DNA of 64,000 nucleotides from Macrostomum lignano (Eukaryota): contig NIVC01001196.1 in the NCBI GenBank assembly GCA_002269645.1, positions 91,898 to 155,897 on the forward strand. Reading direction: 5' to 3'. Position 1 is the first letter of the stretch. The number at the start of each line of letters is the position of its first letter. The position numbers were made by a program, and so were the translations under genes. The notes beneath the pieces are model-generated. The model was not told the DNA's origin. It ran no database searches and saw only the letters and a program-made list of their open reading frames with translations. This document shows positions 24,594 to 36,300 of this stretch, piece after piece.

Positions 24594-24666
24594 GGCAGAC
24601 TCGAACCTTGGACCTTACGTCTAGCCTAAACCTAGTCCTAAGTGCCTACACTGCGGCTACTCCGCC
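24594..24666 (-). other. tRNA-derived Pol III module, copy 4 (internal duplication in unit C)
   Basis: GGCGGAG-TAGCCGCAGTGTAGG...GGTTCGAGTCTGCC. Confidence 0.6.
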
Positions 24667-24735
24667 TATTGATGGGAGGACAACAAAATCAGCCATATAT
24701 GCTTCAGAACTGCAGTTAAAATACATAGCAGTGAT

Positions 24736-24918
24736 AGGCTGCTCAGTGTGTAGGCGTGCAGGCGGAGCAAATGCACAGTTGATTGAGTGAAATCTAAGGC
24801 TGCTCAGTGTGTAGGCGTGCAGGCGGAGCCAATGCACAGTTGATTGAGTGAAATCTAAGGCTGCTCAGTGTGTAGGCGTGCAGGCGGAGCCAATGCACAG
24901 TTGATTGAGTGAAATCTA
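24736..24918. repeat. 61-bp tandem triplication
   Basis: aggctgctcagtgtgtaggcgtgcagg starts at 24736, 24797 and 24858. Confidence 0.92.
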
Positions 24919-27689
24919 TAAATAGCAATTTTCTATGGAGTCCGCCAGTCAGAGCCAGGGTCAGAATGTACACACGCAGCCACTGAGCATTTTTTCCCCT
25001 TGCACACTGCAACCAGTATTGAAGCTTACACAGTGGAGAGAGAAAAGTTATGGCGCAATCATAATTGGAATTTGAATTCAGCCAGTCCAGTCAAGAATTT
25101 ATCCTAGTTTGCCCTACCATTAAAAGCATTGGGAAAACTCGTTTTTCGAATATTTAATACCTTTAGCATTAAAGCCAATTAAAGAAATTTTAACTGTCTT
25201 CTTTCCAGATAATTACAAATCTTTTCGTAAAAACGCGATTAAAATTGGTCAATCGGTTCGATCTCTTGAACGTTACACGAATACTAACACAAATTCTCTT
25301 CGAGGGAAAGTCACACGAAGCAGCTATGACATAATCAAATACTCAGGCAGTCAGCATCAGTCTCAATTAAAGTTAGCAATATGGTTACGCAATTTCTGTC
25401 TTTCAACTTGGCACAGTGTTTTCAACTTGTTGTGATGCAATCTTTATCAAAATCAGAATTTAGTCAGTCGGTTTTTTCTCTAGCATTCTTACAGCGCATT
25501 TCAAGTCGAAAGAGCTGCTTGACCTTTACAAAAAAGCATGTTTTTCGAATATTTAATCCCTTTAGCATTGGAGCAGATTATAGAAATTTTAACTGTCTTC
25601 TTTCCAGACAATTTTGAATCTTTTGGCGAAAACGCGATCAAAATCGGTGAAGAACTGCTCGCTCTAGAGCGTTATGGACATTCATTCATTCAAGCATACA
25701 AACAAACCTTAGAGATTTAGTATATTTAGACTAGCCATTTAGCCCCCCTCTGGGGAGCCTTGAAAATGACATCAATTGGTTTTTATTTTGGCACAACAGC
25801 AACCTTACTATAATTACCCAAAATGTTGATTTCCATTAATCAAAAATTACCTTTTCTCACGTTTGAAAAATAAGTTGCCATGAATAAGAACTTTCATTAG
25901 CCAAAAAGTTTCGTTTATCAGCCCAAAACCCTTTCTCAATCAGCAAATAGTGCTTATCCGTTCAAGCACAAACTCTTAGTGAATATCGTCACTGGCCGGG
26001 GCATATTCTGATCCACAGCAGGAGCTCAAAATGCAAATCCCTGACGGCCTTAGACCCTCTCTGTTTATTAGCCTAAATCAAAGAATCAAACATTTAATAA
26101 ATGCGCTGGTATTTCCTATTAGCAGAAATCAGCATCACTTGTGTGTACTATTTCATTATCTGAAATACATAAGCTACTTGAGCCGTACTACCTGACTATC
26201 TGACAATCGCCCAATAACCTATTACCCCCCCCCCCCCCCAAAATTCAGCCATCGTCCATGAGCCTTGACATATCAGCGATTCCCCTGTAAGCCTTGACAT
26301 ATCAGCAATTCCCCCAGTAAGCCTTGGCATATCAGCAATTCCCCCAGTAAGCCTTGAAATCTCAGAAATTGCCCCAGTAAGCCTTGACATATCACCAATT
26401 CCCTTAGTAAGCCTTGAGATCTCAGAAATTCCCCCCATAAGCTCTGAGATCTCAGCGATTGCCCCCGGTAAGCCTCGACATCTCAGCAATTCCCCCAGTA
26501 AGCCTTGACATCTCAGCAATTCCCCCAGTAAGCCTTGAAATCTCAGCTTTCCCCCAGTAAGCATTGAAATCTTAGCAATTCCCAGTAAGACTTGACATCT
26601 CAGCATTTCCCCAGTAAGCCTTGACATATCAGCAATTCCCTTAGTAAGCCTTGAGATCTCAGAAATCCCCCCCATAAGCTCTGAGATCTCAGCAATTGCC
26701 CCCGGTAAGTCTTGACATCTCAGCAATTCCCCCAGTAAGCCTTGACATCTCAGCAGTTATCCTATTAAGCCTCGACATCACAGCAATTAAACTCGAGCCT
26801 TGACATCACGCAATTCTCCCAGCGCAGTAAGCCTTGACATACCAGCAACCCAACTCCCTTTTCCCGAGAATTCAGCAATACCCTTATAAGCCTTGATAAC
26901 TCAGCAATTTCTTTATTACCTTTGTCAACAGAGCGATTCCACAATGAACTTTGATTATATCTAAACAAGTCTTTAATTAATGGTCACCCTTACCCATAAG
27001 TGAGTCTTGGCGTGTTGGCAATTTCCACCATAAGCCTTGAGCCTCAGCATTAAAGTAACTTCCTCATAAATAAGCTTTGTAATCAGAATTTCACCGAAAG
27101 CCTTGACCTGTCAGCAATTCCCCGTAGTAGAGCCAAAGCATTTAAGTTTTCCCCCCAAGAGCATTTAATCTTAGCAACTCCTCGATGGATCATTAATGAT
27201 TGTCACGACGATCGCTCTATAATTGAACCAAAACCATAACCCTTGTAGTAGAATTTCAGCAATTCTCCAATGAGCTTTGGAAATGTTAGCAATTTCCCCA
27301 TGAGCCTGAAAATTGAGTGACTAACCTTTTGATATCTTGGCACTTGCATTTCAACAATTTATTTCTTCAATTTCACAAATGAACCTTGAAATCAAAGCAA
27401 TTCTCCGCAGAATGACATAATTATTGCAATTCCCCCTGAGCCTTGAGATCTTATAAATTCTACCGTGAGTCTTGATATCACAGCAATTTCCCATACCAGT
27501 ATTATGCTCGTAGCAATAGTCTTAGCAGTCTTAACAGTCTAAGCAATCCCCGATGAGACTTTTACGTTCGACAGGGCGCTTCATTTATGATTGATATGAT
27601 GATTCTTGTTTGCTTTTTCTTGCGTTGCGTTTTCTTCTCTTTAAAAGTTTTTATTAAAAAAATTACAATATTTTACCATAGCTTTCCGC

Positions 27690-28050
27690 AGTTTAGCAAT
27701 GGTTCACCAGCATTTCAGCAATGGTTCACCAGCATTTCAGCAATTCTTCACCAGCAGGTTAGCAATGCTTCACCAGTAGTTTAACAATGCTTCACCAGCA
27801 TTTCAGCAAAGGTTCACCAGCATTTCAGCAATGATTTACCAGCATTTCAGCAATGGTTCACCAGCAGTTTAGCAATGCTTCACCAGCATTTTGCATTAGC
27901 TACATGGTTCACCAGCATTTCAGCAATGCTTCACCAGTAGTTTAATAATGCTTCACCAGCAGTTTAGCAATGGTTCACCAGCAGTTTAGCACTGCTTCAC
28001 CAGCAGTATAAAAATGCTTCACCAGCAGTTTAGCAATGATTCACCAGCAC
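27690..28050. repeat. 22-bp minisatellite (agcaatggttcaccagca(t/g)tt(c/t))
   Basis: About 16 tandem units; only 2-4 copies at the matching sites in units B (about 17460) and C (about 22560). Confidence 0.92.
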
Positions 28051-29257
28051 TGTTTTGCACAATCAGTGAGCAGATGGCCACTAATCTTTGCTTATTGCCA
28101 TATTGCTTCTGGATAATCGAAACCATATGAAATGCTTTGTCAACTTGCAGGTTAAAGTTGATATGTAATTTCCTTACATATTTATTATTTTATTTTATAC
28201 ATCAGATTAGCACTGCTCTCCCCGATTAGCGCTGCTCTTAAAGCTTAGCGTAGCCCCAGCAAAAGTATCTACAAAATGAAAATGCTAAAAATTTGCATGA
28301 ATCCTCATAGGAAACAATGATTATTGTCACAAAGATAAATTCGCTGCTTCATTACAGACTCGAACTGCCGACCTTCTGCTAAAAGCCTTATACTATTCAA
28401 GAAGCTTAGTAACTTCGGCAGTTACTAAAACTTCTAATTCAAGATTCAAGATTCAAACTAAATTCAAGAAGTTAAGTAACTTCGGCAGTTTGAAGTTACC
28501 CCCCCCCCCCAGAAATCGGCAGTTATCTCCACAACATCCTGAAATTAGCTATCACTTCTAATCCCACAAACAGACTGCAGTCATACTCTTAGCAGCCTGC
28601 AGATATCCACTGTGCCGTCTACAACTTTCATTAACATCAGCAAACTACAATACTTCACTCAGCAGTCCGCAGTTATCCACTCAACAACTTGCAATTAATT
28701 CTTCACAGCTATTATCCACTTTAAACTCTGTAGATAGTTATCCCCTCAACAGTCTGCTGCTATGCACTCATAAGTGTGGAGGAACTACCTCAGCAGTTTG
28801 TTCCTTTTTTCCCTTTGCAGTCTGCATGAATGATCCCTTTGACAATCTGCAGTTCCCCTCAGCATCTTCTGTTCTCCTTTTCAATAATCTTCCAATCTTC
28901 CAATAATCTAAAAATGTGCACAGCATTTTCGGCTCACTAAACAATTTTCAGTACATATCGGCATTCTTAAAAAGCTCAAAATTTAGCAATACCTTTAAGC
29001 AATTTTAACAGCATGGTCTGCAGTTTAATAGCAATTTCATACTTTCATGGTGCGAGGCAGTACTCGTTGATGGGATCAGTAATGCACGAAGCAGTTTTTT
29101 AAAATCAAATTTTATAAGTGGCTTGTGCCAAGTAGCAAAAATTATTTGCTAATTAATAAAAAATGTTGCATTTAAAATTAATAAAAAATATGTTATATTT
29201 AGTCGAGTCACAAGCTACAAATGAATGAATTTACTTTTTATAATTATCCACCGGGGA

Positions 29258-29329
29258 GGCGGACTCGAACATTGGACCTTACGCCTAGCCTAAACCTAGT
29301 CCTAGTGCCTAAACTGCGGCTATTCCGCC
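29258..29329 (-). other. tRNA-derived Pol III module, copy 5
   Basis: Same module as 12111-12182. Confidence 0.6.
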
Positions 29330-30387
29330 TACTGATGGAAGGGCGCAAAAATCAGACATATATGCTTCGGCACTGCAGTCAAATACATAGCAGTGATAGC
29401 CTGCTCAGTGTGCACAGTTTTGGTGCTGGCAGAGCCATTGCACAGTTAAGTAAATCTCTCAATTTCAATACTTTTAAAATGCACTGGCTGATTTCTCTCT
29501 CCCTCCAGAGTGCCTGCGCAATGCTTGGCACACTGCCTCCTGCTGAAAAGCTCAGAGTCAGTTTATAGCGAGACTATGCAGTACGCAGTTGTGGCGCAAT
29601 CATTTAGAATTGGAATGCAGCCAGTCAAGAATTCAACGCTGCTTGGCCTTCCATAAGCATTTAGATAAACTTGTTTTTCGAATATTTAATACCTTTAGCA
29701 TTGAAGCAGATAAAAGAAATTTTAGCTGTCCTCTTTCCAGATAATTACAAAACTTTCGGCGAAAACGCGATCAAAATTGGTCAAGAATTGCAGTCTGTAG
29801 AGCGTTACGAAAAACAGATCTTTGACGCTTAAAGAGCTCGCTGCTAGCCTCCAGAATAATTTTATTTTTGACCCCTGGTATGGTTGCGCAATTTAAATAG
29901 AGTAATAATCTGGGCAGTGGGGCCCATGAGTTTTCTGATCAGTTCGCTCTGGCGCAATCATTAAAATTGGCTGTGAAATTTCTCGCTGATAAAATTTTGC
30001 AGTGAATTCGCCCATTTAAAACAGTTTTTCGAATATTTAATCCCTTTAGCATTGAAGCAGATTAAAGAAATTTTAACTGTCTTCTTTCCAGACAATTTCG
30101 AATATTTTGGCGAAAACGCGATCAAAATCGGTGAAGAATTGCAATCTCTAGAGCGTTATGGACAAGCAAGCAAGCAAGCAAGCATACAAATATTAGAGAT
30201 TTAGTATATGTAGAAGATAGATAGATAGATGGAAGAAGAAGAAATCTAATATATATTAGTATATTAGAATAGGGCTTTTCAATAGAATCACTCTCCAAGG
30301 GACGCCATCCAAAGAGCGCCATCGCTATCCAAAGGGGAATATTATGCGGCTTAAATTTTCATATTTAAAAATTTAGGCTTTGCTTAC

Positions 30388-33300
30388 CACTGTCAATTTC
30401 TCGAAACCACAATATAAAACCATTCGCATTGGCACTGTCCGTGTTAAGCCGCACTGTGGCCGTGTTTGCAGAGGTTATAATAAGCCCTGAGCTGGGAATA
30501 AACCATGATCTAGAGCTTCCAGCACTGAACAGAACTACTGAACCGTTTGAGCCATCAAACACTGTCACTGTATCATTTTTACGTACAGAAAGGGACATAA
30601 AACGAAAGACGATTCTCTGTCCGACAGGAGCGTTTACGTTCCAGTAGCAGTCCATGTTGTTTAAATAAGGACCACTAGTAGCACCGTAGTGACTCTTTAT
30701 TAGACCTCCCCTTTTCGTTGCTGTCACGTTTCCTGTTCCGAGACAAGCTGAAAATAAAGTATTTATGTATAGATGTGAAAACTTTCAACCAGGATCCTAT
30801 TTCAGTCATGGATAATTAAATTGGTTCAAGTAGAAGGACGCTACACTCGAAAACTGTGAAAATTTGAATGCAAAAGCGCTAGCATCGTCGAAACGGGAAG
30901 TTTCCATTTGCTCACTGAGCAAGTTTGTGAATTTTCAGTGGTTGTTTTAGGTGTTTTAATGCTATCTTTGTTAAAAATAAGAAAAAATTTTCAAAAGAAA
31001 ACAAATAAAAAATATTCTCAGCAAAGCCTTTGCCGTGGACTTTATGATGGGGTGGGGGGGCAAAGCCAAGAGTTCAACCTGTACATGTACATGACTAAAT
31101 TCCTACATTTCCATTATTTTGATAATCGTGTTGTCAGACCTCATTTTGGCGCCGCAGGCACTCATTTTGGCGCCGTAGGCGCTATATTTTAACGCCCTAA
31201 GGAAAAATTATTGATTTCAACAACGAGTCACAAGCTAGGTGGGATAGAGGAGGGACAAAGCATTGGCATGTCCCCCAATAGCTTTTACTGGGTGGGACAT
31301 GTCCCCCTGCCCCCCCCCCCCCCGGCGGCGACGCACCTGATTTTCAGACATAACAGGAATTAAAAAGTCTCATACGCAACCAGATTAGCCACTCAAGAAT
31401 CAGGCGCCGGCTTTTTTTCGGTGCCAAAATGAAGCTTAGAAAAGTATTAGCTGGTACTGGATAGGGACAATGGTAGATTGTCTAGTGTCTTGCAGAGTTA
31501 AACGACAGGAACACTGTATATAGCGGTGTTTTTTTTCCAGGAAATCAACCTCCTAAAATTTACACGATCTTTGAGTTTTACGTCCTGCTATATACAGTGG
31601 TCCTTGCTTAAACGATGGTCATAGACACTCGTGCGCTACGATGCAGCATACTACTCAAGTGCATTGTCATAATAGTAGATTACCTAGTATGTAACTGGGC
31701 TGAATAGCTCGTAATGGCCGAATAACGTGCGCGAGTGTTCTGGTGATTATTCAACGAAGTTGCATACTATGTAAGCGCACTGTATATACACTTATGCCTG
31801 GCACTGATGTCATTATTCCAAACTTTTTACTATAAGATAAAATAATAGCACTACGTATATATTCATTTCCAAAGTACCAAAGCCGTACAATTTCAATTTT
31901 AAGCCACTGGAAAATGAGGAATTTCAGCTTAATTAAAGCTGCAGCAAAACATAAATTATGTGAATTTGAAAAAAATGATGTAATTAGAAGGACAAAATGG
32001 TAGATGGATAGGTACATTTAGAGTTAATACGTCAGTTTGAGGCAGGTATTCTGACTCTAACTGTTTTAACCCCCCCCCCCCCCTGCGCCGGCCTGGCCTC
32101 GCTTTGGTGGGTTGATGGGGTGCTGGTGCTCTGCGTACAAAATGGTCCTGCACCATGTTCAGCATGGTGGGGGGTGCAAACTCGTCAGGGCTTCGTGGTG
32201 GCACTCCGTTAAAGGCCTGACGGAGAAAGACCTGAATGCTGAACATGGTGTAGGACCATTGTATAATATGCAAACATGCCTGGTTTCAAGCCTTGAAGGA
32301 AAAATCACGATGTTGGCGGTGTCAGCTCGTCCGGGCCGCGTGGTGGCACTCCGTTGAAGGTCCCGAAGGTCGCCTGTATGTCTACAGGTCAGCCTAGAGG
32401 GTCCCCATCGTCCATTTCATTCACCGATTATGTCCAATGACTGAATTGTGCATGCAAAAGAGGATTATTCCATTTCGGTTTTGGGAACGCAGCCGTCTCT
32501 GAGATGCCGATCGGGTGCTTTTGTTGAAGATCTCGACGGTCGCTGCCGATGCTCCAGACGGTGATGAAGGGGACCCTGGTGTCTGGGATGCTGAGAACAA
32601 AGGCCTCTACGACTGATATGAATAGTTTGTTGAGCCGACGTGGTTTCATGAAGAGATTTTGTGAGCAGAAAAATGTTGCCAATGTTGGTGGCTTTTGCCA
32701 CCAGACACCCCGAGGAGAATCGTTGAATATCTCGACGATGCCGATTTTCGTGATACTCAAAGTTGCTTCATCGAATAGAGCGGAAAATTTTAGCCCGTTT
32801 TCTGGATTTTCATGACAATTGATTGAATATTTTTGGAGATCCAGGCAAAGGATTATAGAAAAACTGCAGCAGCCTATTCGATTGGATGCTGAAGCAAATT
32901 ATCATGTTTATCTTAATGATTTTACAGGTTGGTCGAATGTTCCCAATGTGGCCCTGGCTAATAACAAATTCTATTACAAATGGAAATATGTGACAGCAGA
33001 TGTTATTTCCCTTCCCGTAAGCACACAGGGAGTGGATACTTATAATTACTTCTTGGAAATGTTTTTACTAAGCGAAAACATTTTGAGGCACCGGATCCAA
33101 GTAGACCAGAGAATAAACTGTTCCCTGCTAAACTATCCCATGATCTCACTGTGATGAGAGTTGTCTTACAAGTTCATAAGGATGCTGAGATTGATTTTAA
33201 AAATGACACATGGTACAGAGAGATGGGTTTAGAAGCAAAAGTTTACAAAGAAGGTTTGTACTTAGCTCCAAATTTTGCCGACATAGTAAAAAGTTTAAAT

Positions 33301-36300
33301 ATTTTAATTCGTAGCAATTTGAGTCTTCATTGGGTCTTAAAAGTTGTACTTTTTAATATTTCAAACTCTGTTGCTGGCGGTCATATGTTAGTGGAGAAAC
33401 CCAATCCAGTGAAGAGAGTTGCTCTGAGTAATAAAGAAATCAATGAGATTGCTCTGAAGTTTGAAACAGAGGATGGAGATGGAGTGGATTTTAATGGTGA
33501 AGAGTTTGCGTTAACGATTGCAATCGAGAGGATGCAATTCACTATACAAGTAGTTAATTTTTTTATGAAAACGCGATGAAAATTGGTTGCGGCTTTATAC
33601 CAGAATGTACTTGGGTAAAAATCTCTTAATATACACAGGGTTGTGTGCGTGGGGGAAGTATTATTCGAAGGCAAGGAGCATGAAGGAAAAGCTTGGCGGA
33701 GAGAGAAGAAAACGGGTCGCTTTCATAAGACCGAAATTTCACATCGTAGAAAACTTAATACAATAAGGAGCATGCAGAATTTTCGGCGTTGTGAAATTTC
33801 GGTCTTATGAAGTTTCGGTCATGTGAAGGGCTCTGTATTTTGAGTTTTCGGCGTTGTGAAATTTCGGTCTTATGAAACCCCCCCCCAAAAAAAAACTCTG
33901 TCCTGTGCTACTCGTAAAAATAGCCTTGTGGCAAAAGCTTACCACGTGTGCTAAAATAGCCTAGTGGTAGAAGCGTTCTGTGCGGAAAGGAAATTCGATC
34001 GCATTGCTACTGGCTTTAATTGCGAAGAGAGACCAAATCGCGAGACCAGATCGTGAGACCAGTTGGTCCTGAGAAGTGGTCTTGGTCTTGGGATTTGGTT
34101 TTGGGATGTAAATATGTTTTTACTTGGGTAGTTTTGCATTTTTCCTATGGATAAACAGTTGTAGGTTGCATTGTGATAGGTGATTTTAGATGTCAGCGCA
34201 TTGTGTTTAAATAGATCTTAGCAGATGTGTATTCTTTCTGTCGGGTAGTCTTGCACTTTTGCCATTTAGATAAACAGGTGTAGGTATTGCACTGTGAGAG
34301 CTGATTTTAGATGTAAGCGCACTAGGTATGAGTAGATTTTGGTACCCGTAGATGTTTATCTAAATAGGAAAATGGTCTGCCCCAGAACTCTCCTCATGCC
34401 TACTACTGACATGATTTACATCGCGAGTAGGATTGAATAGGTGCCACCATTCACGGACGAAGCAACAGACCAGTAGCTGTGTTCCTGCTATTCGATCCGG
34501 TGCACAACTTGAAAAACATCAAAGACTTTCACTGCCGAGGAGTCTTACATCTCCCTCCATCTCCAGTTTTTGTAATTGTAATTATTCTTAAACAAGCTTG
34601 TTCAGAGCCTTCCCAATTCAATATTTTTATCTATTATTGCCACATATTCTCACAAAATAATATGCTAGTAGCAGCAATGTCTCCAAAATAATCGCTTTTG
34701 CATGCTGTTGGTGTTCAAGACTCTCGTAACAGCTATCTGAGAGATAAAATGCCCCTTGTTACTCACACAATAGCTGGGAATGGCTGCCACACTAAGATAA
34801 ATGCGCGTGGGGAGCTTCCCGTCCAGTGATGCTATTTTTGGGAGTCCCTGGTGGGCCATTCTCGTCGCCCTACTATAGTATTGTGCTGTAGTTTTACAGC
34901 AGCTATACTTTACAGTAGTGTAAGTATACTTTTTTACTGCTGACTCATTTAGAATCAGTAATAATATTCTGGCAGCCTTAAAAATGCCAGTTAAAAATTA
35001 ACAAAAAGATACCAGGACAACAAATGGCTGGAACTGGATAGATGGACCAATGCACAATACTCTTAGAATGCATCACTCGTGTCGTCCTGCACGAACATCG
35101 AAATGAAGAAATCGGCCTTCAAAAATGTTCCACGAATCGCTAGTGTAGCGTCCTGATGTACTGCTAGTTATTCTTGTTAGAAAACTTGCAAGGAGTTGTA
35201 AAACAAGGAGGTTTATTGGTTTGAATGTGTCTTGTTTCAGCAATGGTAGTTACCAATAATTACTTCATTCTATGATTCTATATGATGCTTAAAACGTGCT
35301 TTAACTAAAAAGTAAAAACCACATGATCTAGGATAATTTTTTTACCTTTTTATAATTGTACTACGAGTATTTTGGTGAAAGTTTTACGCTTTTGGGAAAT
35401 ATTTAATTTAGTGCTAAATTGGCTGGTTGGCACCTAAAATTTCATTTTCAAGTACCGGAGGACTGGACTTATCAAAAAGCAACTTCCGTTACCAAAGTCC
35501 GGCATTCTAAAAAAAGAACCGGAAAAGTGCCGCTTTAAAAAAGTAACTTCCGGTACTAAGTGCCGGAAGTGCTGGAACTTTGCCCAACACTGCTAATGCC
35601 AGGGGTGTGGGGGGGGGCAGCTAGCCCACCTATATGTGACCTTTTTCTATCCAACAGCAAAGTCGAAAGGTGTGGGGTGAGGATGTAATAACCGAATATA
35701 GCTTCGTTCGTTTTTAATTTCATAAGATTAAATTTCTAAGATTAAATTAAGATTAAAGATTAAGACTAAATTTCATAAGATTTAATTTCATAAGTTTTTA
35801 AGAGCAAATAAGCCATTGTCCCACCTTGAAGACAGCGGCGTCTTCATTCACTAGTACGTTATTTGTGAATTGGCATTATTTTTACCTTAGGGTGAGCTTC
35901 TACTACTCCATGCTTCATCTCGAGCTTCTAATCTACTTCACTATGTTAGCGCTCCGACCTTATGTAAGGCTTCAGCTTTCATTACTGTTTAGGCAGCATA
36001 CAAGTTTAGGGGTAAAAGCCCAATTGGAAAGCTGTGAATAAATAGGAAAATGCAACGTTTTTACATTTCTATGACTAATAAATTTTTAACTAAAAGTCAT
36101 GGAAAGATGCGGTTTGCACCATAGATCTTATATCTAAGATTTATAAGAATATAAGAATATAAGAATATAAGAATGTAGGAATATAAGATCTATGGTTTGC
36201 ATTATTCAACGCAAAACATTCAGAACTTTAGGTCTCCAAGGTTAAGTTGTATTATTCAAAAAACTTTCGTTTCGTTAGTGCGAGAAAAATACTCTACAAC

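Larger units (their letters stand above)
19804..25730 (-). mobile_element. Non-autonomous Helitron unit C (5.9 kb)
   Basis: Hairpin+CTAG at 19804 and TC 5' end at 25730; exact CTAG|TC junctions on both sides. Confidence 0.85.
25731..30217 (-). mobile_element. Non-autonomous Helitron unit D (about 4.5 kb; the outer 5' part resembles the short Helitron)
   Basis: Hairpin+CTAG at 25731; 5' end A|TCTTCTACATATACTAAATC at 30217; 29820-30217 resembles 12789-13152. Confidence 0.8.
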
